From assembly GCA_964106645.2 (NCBI GenBank), contig OZ067040.1: DNA of 64,000 nucleotides. The stretch is one strand, 5' to 3'. Shown here in pieces: positions 48,934-61,454 of the stretch. The DNA is from Podarcis pityusensis. Its lineage: Eukaryota. Within the stretch, counting starts at the first letter, position 1. Every line of letters begins with the position of its first letter. The notes below the pieces were generated by a model. It was not told the DNA's origin. It searched no databases and worked only from the letters and a program-made list of their open reading frames with translations. Position numbers and translations under genes: made by a program.

Positions 48934-49216
48934 GTGTCGTTTAGTCGTGTCCGACTCTTCATGACCCCATGGACCAGAGCACGCCAGGCACGCCTGTCTT
49001 CCACTGCCTCCCGCAATTTAGTCAAACTCATGTTCGTAGCTTCGAGAACACTGTCCAACCATCTCATCCTCTGTCGTCCCCTTCTCCTTGTGCCCTCAAT
49101 CTTTCCCAACATCAGGGTCTTTTCCAGGGAGTCTTCTCTTCTCATGAGGTGGCCAAAGTATTGGAGCCTCAGCTTCACGATCTGTCCTTCCAGTGAGCAC
49201 TCAGGGCTGATTTCCT
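48934..49216 (-). mobile_element. BovB (RTE) LINE 3' fragment
   Basis: Encodes KLRLQYFGHLMRREDSLEKTLMLGKIEGTRRRGRQRMRWLD...AWRALVHGVMKSRTRL, the hallmark BovB C-terminus. Confidence 0.92.
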
Positions 49217-51099
49217 ATGTAAATGTTTTGTTGAGTTGTAAACATTTATAGTATAAAAACAGAACACACTGTATTTGAACTATCATATCTCAGCATATTA
49301 AAGTCAAGGTATGCAGAAGCCTATTGTCCATAAGTGCAGCCCCTTTGTAGAACACAGCAAATCAAACTAGGAACTAGTCACTGTTTAATCATAGTTTCCC
49401 CCTTTTACCCATACTAGGGAACTATGGTTATTAACTTTGGAACAAGTTGGGATATTAAACCAGCTTCGGCTGTGGTGTAATATCCTGGCTTGCTCCAAAA
49501 TTGGTAGCCAGAGTTTCCTTTTTCAGATGAAATGGAAAATTATTGTTCATAAGTCTTTCTGGTTTAATTGTGGTTTATGTGAAAGGAAGAGCAATGAGGC
49601 TGCGTGTGCAGGGAAAGGATCATGCATAACTCAATCTCAATAAGCTGTGATCGGATCATTCAAGATATAGAGGACAGTCTATTAAGACCACTCAGATAGA
49701 TTTGGTGCATTATTGGAATAAGATACAGGATGGAGCCTATGGATTTAGTGAAAATCTCTCTTCCCTTCCACCAGCATGAGTGAATGCTTCTCACAGTGTC
49801 TCTGGATCCAAGCCAATGTGATTGATAGATGTGATTGATTCAATTTTAAGTCAATATAAAAATAAGCTTTAGATTTAGTATTAAACTTTTTTATTTTAAA
49901 AAAGAGGCACTTGGTGTTACTTATTTTTTTAAATTAAGCATTAAATTTTGTGCACTGCTTTGTGCATTTTTATGTAAACATAGCATATGCACTGTATGGC
50001 GCCTGAAACTCTTCCATCTTTCCCTAAGACTGAGGTAAATGGAACCTGGTTATGTGCAAGTGTGAGTTGCTTCTTCCTTCTCCTAGAAACTGAAATTCCA
50101 GGATATTTGAAGAGGTGCTGGATCTGGAATGCAAATCTTAGTCAAGGATTGTCCTACTTCAGGGGAGATTAGGGAACAAAGGAAATGCAATTTGCAAGTG
50201 TCCACAAAAGGAATAAGAGAAACAACAATTGATCCCCTTGCCCTCTGGAACAGCAAGGCAAACAATTATTTTGATTGCCCATGTTTTTGTATTAGAGTGC
50301 AATTCCTTTCTTTTTTCTTTTCTTGTTAAATTATTTGAATATGTGTCATTCCAGTTTTAATCATTTTCAACTATTATTACTGCTGTTGTTAAGTAATATT
50401 AAGGAACAATAATGCATAAGGAACAATAAGAGATGAAAAGCAATTCATTGTGAATGATTCATTTTACTTTTCACATTATAACATGTCATTTACACTTTTG
50501 TCATCATAAAATAAAGCTTGATAATTGAGGCATTGGGTTTCGGAGCAGTTAAGTTTCTGGTTTGGATACAGGCTTCTTTCAGTCTTACCACCTGCAGCTT
50601 TTTTGTGGGCAGCTTGCCAGAATAAGGGATTTGCTGGGCTCCTCTTGGTCCAGTCAGTTGATTTACAGTCTTTAATTGCAGAAACACTTTTTGCCTATTT
50701 TTTAAAAAAAAAAAATTAATGCTTCAGTTGATCTCTATATGTGAAAAGTACAACTGCACGTAGTTTTTCCCCTGATGAATTCTAGTCAGCTTCAGTTTCA
50801 ATTGCTTAGAGCTTTGTTACATTGTATACAGTTTAAAGTTAAATAGTTCCATAGTTTAGTGGTGGGGAAACTGCAGTCTGTGTGCCTAAATAGGCTTGCC
50901 AGCCCTCTTGATTTGACCCACAAGGCCATTTTGAGTAAATGCCCAGGTGTCATATATTGGACATCATATGACATCAGACACACAAACATTCAAGACATAG
51001 TTGCAAATAAGCCTCCTGCTATCAGAACTCCCTTGGATAGGATGTCACCTGGGAAAACACCCTTCTGGCTGGACCTCAGGTAGTATGGAGTCCTCAGGG

Positions 51100-51560
51100 T
51101 TCCATCTGGGGTACTCACTGGATGCCACAGGATCCTGCTTCACTTCTTAAGAACCATCAGATCCGGTGGTTCCTGACACTGTGAATTCAGTATGTTAGCT
51201 ATTACCTATAAAGCCCTAAAAGGTTGTGACCTGGTTACTTGAGGTACCACTTTATCCTCTTTTAACGTGCCCACCCTCTGCAGTTGTTACCTGAGGCCTT
51301 GACCCATGTTCCTTTGACTTCAGTTGATTGATTGATTGATTGATTGATTGGCAGAGAGGCAGGACAAGGCCTTTCAAGTGCTGCCTTCTGGCACTCGTTT
51401 CTCCAACCAGTCCAGCTGGCTCAATCCTTGTTGGTTTTCTGGCACATAATGAAAACATTTTTTATGTTTTTAGGTTGTGCTGAGCTTTCATTATTCCTCC
51501 CCTGCTATGAGTATGTTTGTTTGCCAGCACTTGTTAGCTTTCTGTTTTAAAATTGTATAA
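51100..51560 (+). mobile_element. Degenerate L2 LINE 3' fragment
   Basis: Decayed motifs YKAL (TATAAAGCCCTA), AF (AAGGCCTTT) and KT.F (ATGAAAACATTT) in the expected order. Confidence 0.55.
51324..51349. repeat. (TTGA)n microsatellite
   Basis: Seen directly. Confidence 0.9.
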
Positions 51561-53087
51561 TGGGGATTTCTCCTAAACTTCAGATTTTTGTGTTGTACAA
51601 CTACACAGTCTGTTGGCGGCAGGGGGAGAGAGAGAATAGTCACTCCAGCAATTAATAGCTTTCATTAACATGTACTTTAATCTTAGCTGAAAACGGCCAT
51701 CCTAGAAAGGATTCTGATCTGTTTTGTTTGTTTGGTGCCATGGTGGGAGATCACTACCCAGATTCAGGCACCATCCCAGCTTGTGTGGTACTGATCCCTT
51801 TATCTGGCCCCAGCTGAAGTGTTTTAAGAAAACCTTTCTCTTTTCTCACCCAAAGAGTTGAGCCAACAATTGAAAGGAGATTCAAATCACTCACAATGTC
51901 CATCTCCCCTCAGTTTGTAGACAGAGCTCTCTATTCCCCCAACATGTGAAACAATGAAGATAGCAGTCTGCACACCTTTGATGGCTTCTTTCATTTCAAA
52001 TGATATACCTTTCCATGCATGCCGTCTCTCCTTTTTTCTACTCAGCACTTCACATCCTGTGTACCTATAGGGAAATAAAGAAAAAGCCCATATAGTTCTC
52101 CAGTTCAGCTTTTGACCAGAGGTGCATGCTTCCCATTACAGGCACTAATTATACAACTGTATTTAATCAGCGGAATCTTCTGTCTTTACAGAAGTTAATG
52201 AAAACATATTTGTAAGACTTCTTTCTTAATCATCTCATCTATATTTATACCATACAGCTGTGCATAGTTATTGAGGGAAGCATTGATAAATATGTATAAC
52301 AACAGTACAAATGAGCAGCTAGGCATATTTTGTTATTATGAATACTTAAAGCATTAAGTTATCTCTGTCTTACAGTGTGTTTGGGCTGCTCAAATAGTGG
52401 CCCAAGGCCAGAAAACATTTTACAGTTACCCAACAATTAAGCCTTGTGACCAATTGAATTCACTTTTTTAAAACGTCTGTGGAGCAAGTGCCCTGAGGCA
52501 CTGTGCATGAGCAACATTAAAATAACTACAGTTTCTGAATAAGTGTCAAGTAAACATCAGTGCATGTCTTGGTGGCTGTAGCAGATAAAAAAGTTAAATG
52601 CAATGACAAACACACACACAGACACACACAACATAGGAAAGTCACACCTTTAAGATATTCATTAGACTGGCAGACTGACCTAACAGATAGAGAATAGGAA
52701 GATTTTGCATGGAGGAGGGAGCTACTTTGTAAAAATATACTGAATGTTCCAAAGGCTTAAGCAATAGCTGGATAGCTTTTTTCATTCATTATTTGATATA
52801 GTGCCATATCTGAAGCTAAATTTCTCAGGAAAAATAAGACTATGGATTGAAATCACATACAAGAACTAGGAAATTGGTGTGTAAAGTGCAGTCCATTCAG
52901 AGCAAGTTCTCGCGTAGGTTTCCTTCCAGTTTTAGTTTTAGGTTTTTTAAATCGCATAGCATCACAGAATTTCTAGGGGGTGATTTTTTTGCCTTCATGT
53001 AAGATTGCTATTATGTAGCAGTTGTGTATGTTTGCATGGACATCCATAGGCCACAAATGAAACAATCCCCAACCTGTGCACAGCAGC

Positions 53088-53088
53088 A

Positions 53089-53119
<31 letters not shown>
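53088..53119. repeat. (AAAG)n microsatellite
   Basis: Seen directly. Confidence 0.95.
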
Positions 53120-53287
53120 GGAAAGACATAAACGTTTGTCTTCAGTTCTTATCCCTCATGAGATTAAGGCTTTATACTAATTGCATAGTTTACAAAGCAA
53201 GGTTCTAGGCCTAGGAAGTCCAAGAAAGTGGCCTTCTGCTACAGTGGAAGGTCATTCACCTCCACAACAGAGAAATAAATGGAAATA

Positions 53288-53529
53288 CAGTGGTACCTCG
53301 GGTTAAGAACTTAATTTGTTCTGGAGGTCCGTTCTTAACCTGAAACTGTTCTTAACCTGAAGCACCACTTTAGCTAATGGGGCCTCCCGCTGACGCCGCA
53401 CCGCCACTGCACGATTTCTATTCTCATCCTGAAGCAAAGTTCTTAACCTGAGATACTATTTCTGGGTTAGTGGACTTTGTAACCTGAAGCATCTGTAACC
53501 TGAAGCATATGTAACCCGAGGTACCACTG
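53288..53529 (-). mobile_element. Tigger-like MITE, copy 3
   Basis: Same TIRs and TA TSD. Confidence 0.9.
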
Positions 53530-53943
53530 TACATAAAACTGACATCATTTGCAACAAGCAGTTCTGTTACCAGACCTTCATTTAATCTTTCATCTAATTA
53601 TTATAATTGGAAGTCATTAGATGTAGATACAATTATACCTGCAAGTGTTACCCCCCAGAAACAATTATGCCGCTTTATGTTTTTGTAGTCTTTCAAATAG
53701 GCATTTGCTTACACCTAAACAGTATTAACATACATCTGGAGTCTAGCTATATTAATAATCTGCATGTGGGAATGAGCTTTGCATATGTGTGCATGCTTTG
53801 GCCTTACCCACTGCCATTATGCAGTCCCTCAACAGTTGTCTGAGAGGGAATGCGGTCCTCCTTTATAGAGCAGGTAGGTTTATCACCCTTGATTTAGACA
53901 TAGATATGCAAATAGTACACTCTACTGTACTAATATATTGGAG

Positions 53944-54079
53944 CAGCTGTCTCCACAATTGTGTCTTCCAGATGTTTTGGACCACAGCTTCCATTTTTTC
54001 TAGCCATTGGTCATGCTGTCTGGGGCTGGTTAGGATTTGTAGTCCAAAACATCTGGTGGACTCAAGTTGAGGAAGGCTG
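53944..54079. mobile_element. Degenerate palindromic hAT MITE
   Basis: Arms CCAGATGTTTTGGAC ... GTCCAAAACATCTGG. Confidence 0.65.
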
Positions 54080-54415
54080 CAGTAAAGTGGATAAAACTGG
54101 AATATGAATAGGTACCAAACAAATTTTGTAACGCTTTAAGAACTTTTGGATCAGATTATATTTATTAGCCCTTTCCAAGCAGCCTTGCAAAAATGAAGAT
54201 TTGATCACAGTTTTACCCTTTTCACTCCAATATTATATTTTGTATGGCTACAAATTATGCCCGGGAATTAATCAACTATTTATTTCATGCAGGAGCAACT
54301 CTCCAAATTGACTTATTTTGACTTATTTTTGATAATAGGATTTTATCTCTAAAAATGGTGTTAGCAGCATTATTGCTCTTACCCAGCTAGTGCCATTTTA
54401 AGGAGAGGGAACCCT

Positions 54416-54545
54416 AGGGGACAGGGTCATAGCTCTATAAGTAGAGCATCTGTTTTGCATGCAAAAGGTCTCAGGTCCCCAACATATGGCATTCCTGGGA
54501 ATGACTTCTGTCTGAAATCAAGTATACTACTCAGGTATATTCCTT
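54416..54545 (+). mobile_element. Old tRNA-headed SINE fragment
   Basis: Head ATAGCTC...GTAGAGCATCTGTTTTGCATGCAAAAGGTCTCAGG. Confidence 0.55.
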
Positions 54546-54639
54546 AAGAGTCTAGGGTTTTTTTGTTGTTTTTTTTAAAGTGAATCTATCAAGATTCTGA
54601 CTGGTAACTAAAAAGCAGATTTTTGTTAAATTATGGATA

Positions 54640-54881
54640 TAGTGGTACCTCGGGTTACATACACTTCAGGTTACATACGCTTCAGGTTACAGACTCAGCT
54701 AACCCAGTAATAGTGCTTCAGGTTAAGAACTTTGCTTCAGGATAAGAACAGAAATCGTGCTCTGGTGGCGCGGCGGCAGCAGGAGACCCCATTAGCTAAA
54801 GTGGTGCTTCAGGTTAAGAACAGTTTCAGGTTAAGAATGGACCTCCAGAACGAATTAAGTACTTAACCCGAGGTACCACTG
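54640..54881 (+). mobile_element. Tigger-like MITE, copy 4
   Basis: Same TIRs with the first C mutated to T, TA TSD, inverted relative to copy 3. Confidence 0.9.
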
Positions 54882-55312
54882 TATGCATTTAAGTTCTGCT
54901 AATGCATCTCATAACAGGTCTTATGTATCCTCTATAGGTTTTTAAATTTCTCTTTTTCGAAAGCTTGAGGAAATATATTCACAGATTGCTGTTGTAGCTA
55001 TTTTTGGAGGATCAATTTACCTGCCCTCTTTCACCCAAATTCACTGATGCCCCCTGAAGTGGCATAATTTTTTATGCCAGTGATATGAGATAAGAGAGTG
55101 ATACAAAGGGTCAGGGAGGAACAGCTGGCACTGCTCTGGACCCAGCAGCTGTTGTTTGTTGGCAAAGCTCAGTGCTAGGAGCTTAGTGTAGGAGGCTTAG
55201 CTAACTAGTCTGATATGAACAAGAACAAGGTGGGGCAGATTTCCCAATGTGCAGAAGAATCCAACTTAAAAACGACAACACAAAATAAGTCTGTTTCTTT
55301 GATTTCTTGTTA

Positions 55313-56753
55313 CCGTATTTTTCGCTCCATAAGACACACCTAGTTTTTAGAGGAGGAAAACAAAAAAAAAAAATTCTGAATCTCAGCTTCCTCGGGAGGA
55401 GAGCGATCCCGGCAGAGGTTTGGGAGGGAAGCTGCACGCCAGCCAGCCATATGGTTGGCGGGGCGCAGCTTCCATCCTAAGCCTCTGCAGGGATCGCTCT
55501 CCTCCCGCGGAGGCTTGGAAGGCTTTCCTTCTCCCCACTTTTTTCTCCCCCTCTCCACCAAGCAGCACAGGCCCCCTTTCCAGCCTCCTCCTCTCTGTCC
55601 CTTTCTCCCAAACTCCTCAGGCGACACCTGCAATTTCTCCCCTTCGCTGCTGCCTCTCCTTTGCCCTCTTACCATGACTCTCCACTTGCGGCAACCTACT
55701 TCCTCTCCCTTCGCCCCGCTTCTTGGTCCCACTCCTCTACGTCCTCTTCCTCCTTTATCTCGGCAGCTGCCTCTTCTCGCCATCCTCCGGCCAACATCTC
55801 TGGAGCCATCAAGGGAAAGGGGAGGCCATCGGCAAAGCCTCTCTCAAAGAGAGCAGCCTGGGAGTGCGAGGCAACATCACACAGCCTGCCCACTGCTCCC
55901 AAACCTTCCTGGGGCTTCAGGGGAAAGGGGAGGCCATCAGCAACCTGGGTGGGTGGGGCAATGGCACGTGCCACACTCGGGCAATTCGGCTCCAGGGACC
56001 ACACATTCGCTCCATAAGACGCGCAGACATTTCCCCTTACTTTTTGAAGGTACCTTTTATCGTATGTGGTGGGAATGGAAGAAAGTGAAATGCCTTTGGA
56101 ATATGATATATGATAAAATTAAGAAAATGTTGAAATATATATACATTAGAAACCGGAAGCTTTTCTACTGGGAATTGTAGGTACAGACATTAACAGACAA
56201 GATACTAAGCTTTTCCTATATGCAACAAGCAGCAAGAATTTTATTAGCACAGAAGTGGAAACAAGGAATTACTGACAAAGGAAGAATGGCAATTGAAGTT
56301 AATGGAGTATGCGGAACTGGCCAAAATGACAGGAAGAATCTGAGAACAGCAGGACCAGAAGTTCATCAAGGACTGACTAAATTTGTAAATTATTTTAAAG
56401 ACAATTTTAGTCAATAAAACATGTTGGTAGGATTTCAAGAAGCTTTGTAAGGAAAGGTATAAAAATCACTGCAGAGAAGAATAAGAAAAAATGATGCTTT
56501 GATGTTTTTGATTTGAAAGCAATGGTTAAGTAGTGAAAATGCAGAAATTTGAAATGAAAGATAGAAAATCATAAGGAAGGTTTGAAGGAAGTCATGGCCC
56601 TAAAAAGGCAAATTGTATAATATAAAAGGAGAGATTGTAATGGAAAGCATTACTGTATTGGAAAATTAATAAAACTGATATGGCAAAAAACCAAAAAAGA
56701 CATTTCCCCATTTTAGGAGGAAAAAAGTGTGTCTTATGGAGCGAAATATACGG
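55313..56753. mobile_element. Tc2/pogo-like non-autonomous DNA transposon, long copy with GC-rich interior, interrupted by L1
   Basis: TIRs CCGTATTTTTCGCTCCATAAGA / TCTTATGGAGCGAAATATACGG; subterminal sequence shared with 6806-7067. Confidence 0.85.
56046..56698 (+). mobile_element. 5'-truncated L1-clade LINE (ORF2 C-terminus and 3' UTR)
   Basis: Frameshifted peptides EGTFYRMWWEWKKVKCLWNMIY, KPEAFLLG and AARILLAQKWK; AATAAA followed by an A-rich tail; flanking duplication of GACATTTCCCC. Confidence 0.8.
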
Positions 56754-56861
56754 GATATATTTTTAAAAACAATATCTGTTGCTAATCATGATAATGCTGG
56801 TCATACTTGCTTCTTGATCTCAAGAAGCCCGGACATAAAGTAATTTGCTTGACATATATAG

Positions 56862-57102
56862 AAGAGTTTGGATTTGATATCCTGCTTTATCACTACCCGA
56901 AGGAGTCTCAAAGCGGCTAACATTCTCCTTTCCCTTCCTCCCCCACAACAAACACTCTGTGAGGTGAGTGGGGCTGAGAGACTTCAGAGAAGTGTGACTG
57001 GCCCAAGGTCACCCAGCAGCTGCATGTGGAGGAGCGGAGACGCGAACCCGGTTCCCCAGATTATGAGACTACCGCTCTTAACCACTACACCACACTGGCT
57101 CC
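56862..57102 (-). mobile_element. Young tRNA-derived SINE (Squam3-like subfamily)
   Basis: Minus-strand head GAGCCAGTGTGGTGTAGTGGTTAAGAGCGG, CpGs retained, TSD ACATATA(T/C)AG. Confidence 0.8.
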
Positions 57103-57112
57103 ACATATACAG

Positions 57113-57282
57113 GAGCAAAAGAAGCTGCATTGTACTGAGACCCTTAGTCCATCTAGCTCAGTGTTGTCTCCATTGATAGGCAGTGGCTGTCCAGTATTTA
57201 AGGCAGGCACCTTTTCCAGCACTAGATATGCTAGGGACAGAACCTGGGATCTTCTTAATGCAAAGCTGCCGCTCTACTAAGG
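57113..57282 (-). mobile_element. Old tRNA-headed SINE (same family as the 15.4 and 54.4 kb copies)
   Basis: Plus strand shows the tail GTCCATCTAGCTCAG and the head complement GAACCTGGGATCTTC...TGCAAAGC...CGCTCTAC. Confidence 0.55.
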
Positions 57283-57769
57283 GTCTGGTTTATGATAGCA
57301 CGAAAATTGGCTAGGCTTGGGATGTGGCACCTATTATGTTTAAGTTGCTCACTAAGAAGGCAACGCCGTTGTGCAGATGATTTTCAATCAGCGAAGACAC
57401 ATAGTCCAGAATTAGATTACGTATCTGCTCATGATTTTAATTGTTTGTAGACTCTGATTTAGCATCTGATGACTTACAAAGCTATCCTGCTTATCTTGTT
57501 TAAACTTTAAAAGAGATTAAGTTGCCCAAGTAGCTATTTTGCTCTAGCAGCACAGATTTCACAGGTTTTATTTTCATTCACTTGTAGAGGACTGAGAGCC
57601 TTCAATGTGCTTTGATCAAAAACAGTTCCTGCAATGCATCTTAATTTCCAGTAGATTTGTTTAGGAAGGAAGAAATGTTTTGTAGCACTTCACATAAAAA
57701 TGGTTGGACTCAATCAAAATGAGGGCTGTGTTGCCTCTGGTATGGTAGTTCTGTTCTGAGTCTGGGAGT

Positions 57770-58026
57770 TAGAATAGAATCATAGAATCATAGAGTTGGA
57801 AGAGACCACAAGGGCCATCGAGTCCAACCCCCTGCCAAGCAGGAAACACCATCAGAGCACTCCTGACATATGGTTGTCAAGCCTCTGCTTAAAGACCTCC
57901 AAAGAAGGAGACTCCACCACACTCCTTGGCAGCAAATTCCACTGTCGAACAGCTCTTACTGTCAGGAAGTTCTTCCTAATGTTTAGGTGGAATCTTCTTT
58001 CTTGTAGTTTGGATCCATTGCTCCGT
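57770..58026 (-). mobile_element. CR1 LINE 3' fragment
   Basis: Encodes RSNGSKLQERRFHLNIRKNFLTVRAVRQWNLLPRSVVESPSLEVFKQRLD and ends in an (ATTCTATG)n tail. Confidence 0.92.
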
Positions 58027-58388
58027 TGGATGCAGTTCTTCCCATTCTTTATCCTGTCGTCATAAATGCAAAGTATCACCATGACTCGACTGCGAAAATC
58101 CCACAATTATTTGAATGCAAGATCATCTGAAATCCCCCTCTTGTGTAGGTTTTATGGAACGGAACTAGGAAAATCCTATGTTGAATCACAGACAGATAAA
58201 AGATTCAAATTCAGTCTTTACATTGTATAAGTGGCAAGGTGAGCAGGAGAAGAATTTAGGATGATGGATGAATAAGTGCAGAGGCCCGAGGCCTGTTTCC
58301 AAACTGTAGGTACATTCCTGGAAGCTGAGTATTGTCTAGCCTTTACATGTGGTAGCATTTTTCTAAATGAATGTGGAGGCAGATAAGA

Positions 58389-58436
58389 TTTTACAATGAC
58401 TAACTTTTAAAATGACTAGATTTTAAAATGACTAGC
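58389..58436. repeat. 16-bp minisatellite x3 (TTTTAAAATGACTAGN)
   Basis: TTTTACAATGACTAAC / TTTTAAAATGACTAGA / TTTTAAAATGACTAGC. Confidence 0.85.
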
Positions 58437-61419
58437 TTTCATACGTATTGGAAAAGGGGGTCAGAACATGGATCTTTTGTTGCCATCTCAATGCTGCTGG
58501 AATGATGTTGATTGGACCTTCAGTGTAAGAAAAATATTTTTCTTTGGTGTATAAAGTTGCTAAGTATTATGTGAACCCCCATTTGTTTTAGAGGTTCAGC
58601 ACATGAAATATCCCTCTTCATTTCCAATTCACGCCTTAGTCTTTAGTTGTGGAAACACAATATGAACCCAGAATCATGGTTTACCTCACTCAAGACAAAT
58701 CACTAAGTGTAACCAAGGTTTGCCGTGTGGCTTGTCTGGAGAGAGCTAAACCATGAACCCAGGTTTGGATGACACACTAAGCCAAACTATGGCATAGCAC
58801 AGTACATCACAGAGGAGCAAAGTGGATGCAGTCTTCTCTCTAGGAGCCTGCATGTTTGTTCACTTGCACCAGTTTGTGACTTGGCTTAATGTTACAGTAC
58901 ACACAAATAAGGACGGTGATCTGTAGTGAGCTTTGGCCACAATCTGCAAACAGTTTATGATAGTTATGAAAAACCAAGCCAGTTTATAGCCAACAATCCT
59001 ATCCTGTTCCCCAAAGCTGTTTGCAAACTCTGTTGACAACAGGAGGAACCATTAGATTTGACTTCTTTTCGTCTTACCTCCAGTGAATGAATTCGCCTTT
59101 TCCTATGCTTGTTACATTTTGCTTTAAGCAGCAGTAGATATTCTTACTGCAACTGCATAATATTACTTTGCAAACATTTCCATAAAGAAACAGGCTAGTA
59201 AGCCAGCCAGATCATAGCTGTCATAAAAAGGAGTAAAATTACAAAATAAGAAAACAGGATTATTAAATTGTATATTATTAAGAAGCCATGCATTTTTAGT
59301 GACTTAAGTTCTACTGTCACAGTCTTATAGTCAGCTGAAACACAACATCTCATATAATGTTGTGATGAAAAATAATTTATGTCAGATACATCATATAGCC
59401 TGCGACAATTTGGTATTCAAACTATTTGGCATTTCATTACTTTGAAGTTGTACAGATGAGCAGATTTCTGCCATGCATTTATATACTTCACCAACCTTTC
59501 TCTGAAAAGTTGCATAGATTATTTCTGCATCCCACATTACAGTACAAGTTTTTTTGGTGTGTTTGTATCTGCATCAAGTATCTGTTTAAATTTTCACAAG
59601 GTGTTATGATTACATCGATCCCTTTGTTTTATTACTACCTATCAAAATAGTCAAGGAATTTTATTTGCAAAGAGATTCAAAGACAACCTGATTTATTGTG
59701 GTAATCAGCTTTTGTGGATGTGGACTACATACAGCATAACCAGTTTCATGGATTGTTGTTGTGTGCACACACATTCATGTGAATTTTGGCAAATTGTGCA
59801 CATATGTGTGCACATACAAGAACACCGTCTTTGTAAATACTTGGGCTAAAACACTATGAAATCAGTGAGCGGATGACATTTATTTGCAGAGCCCATACAT
59901 ATACTAATAGTGCAGTCACTGTGATAATGGTATTTTTCTAGTGTGACAGAAACCTATACTCAATTAAGTTAGAACAGAACAGAATCAGATTTGCTGATAA
60001 TTTCCTGTTTAGCAATTACATGCTGAAGCCTCTCTTTGAAGTCTTTTTGTTGAAGAATATGACTTTGAGATCAATAGCTGGGTATTACTCGGGACTGAAA
60101 TAATCTCCCTCTGGCTGCAAACTGTTGCCGTTTTTATGTCAGATGTATGTCCATTCTTGTGCACAGGACTCACCTATTTGTCCTATGAATGCAACAGTGA
60201 TAGCATATTCTGCGCAAGGGAATCTGCCCTTGATATTATGATTGATGTTTTTGGAGTAGCCATGCCTGTTTAGTTATGGGGATTGAGATGATGTCAAGAT
60301 TTCTTGCAGGGCCTGTTCTGAGTTTTTGTGTCTGTTAGGGTGTATCCACTCTTACCTTTTGCCCTTCTCTTTCCAGGCACAGGTCCACTCTTAAAAGCTC
60401 CATGTCCAAGCCACTTTTTTGCCCTGGAGCCTTCCCTGAAAAAATGCTTTGTTTATCATTCAGTCGGAGCAAACATCAATTTGGGTTTTCTGCAGATTGC
60501 TGTTTGCTCTGATTGAGGTTTAAACAGCAGGTTTTTGCAGGGAAAGCTCTGGAGAGAGAGAAAATGGTGCTTGGATGTGGAGCTTTAAAGCATTGATCAT
60601 GCCTGGAAAGAACAGAGGAAAGGTAAATGTGGATAAGCCCTTAATGTTGCTAGTGAGGTTGTTTTGTACTAAAGAGCTGCGGTAAGCACGAACAATCAAC
60701 CCACCCAAGGATTGTGTATTTGTGAGGCAAGGGAACACTTGCCTCAGTTAAATTCAGTTAAATTCAAAACCACATTCACCCTTTTCCAGAAATTAAACCT
60801 TTTCATTTTCTGAAAGGGAAAGGACTATTTAATTATGCCACATAGGCAAAAATAATAGTTTAACTTCAGTCAGGGCTCACTTAAGTTTAGCATTAAAATA
60901 TATTTTCAGCGCTGTGGCTCAGTCTAAATGTGAAGGAATAACTACATATTATATGGGGTAGAATTGCAACTTACGTTCTGGTGTTCCCACATAATGCCCA
61001 AATTGTGTATAGACAAAATACACTGGGTACAATGGTGGGTGGGATTGCTAAAGCTTTCCCCGTATTCCTGCCTCCTTTCCACCCCCTTTTTAATTTTTTT
61101 GCCAAATGTGAAAAACTGAATGTGTACAAGTTAAATTTGTGTAAGTTGCAGGTCTACTGTATAGAGCCCTTTCCACCACCGAGGTATCCTTATTTTGGAG
61201 TGGCAGGAGAACATATTCTAGTTTTGGTGAGAAGGAAGAGAGTGTCAGCTAATGTGATATCAGGCAGATACCTCAAACCCCACACTTTTTCAATTTAGAA
61301 AATCATTGGGAAACTCTTCCTCAAACTCAGCCAAGAGAAAGCAGGCAGTACAAAGCAGTTAGTGCATTGCTTGTCATAACTGAAATTCCAAAGCTAGGTT
61401 TTTTTCTGTACATAGCATT

Positions 61420-61421
<2 letters not shown>

Positions 61422-61453
<32 letters not shown>
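61422..61453. repeat. (GT)n microsatellite
   Basis: Seen directly. Confidence 0.95.

Positions 61454-61454
<1 letters not shown>

Noticed and set aside
55455-56180. 241-aa Pro-rich ORF and overlapping ORFs at 55340-56088
   Set aside because: They lie in the GC-rich interior of a DNA transposon and read through into an L1 fragment. The sequence is low-complexity and chimeric.
40752-57472. CTGATGA hammerhead-core hits at 40752, 50772 and 57466
   Set aside because: None is followed by a stem II and a GAAA box, and such hits are expected by chance.
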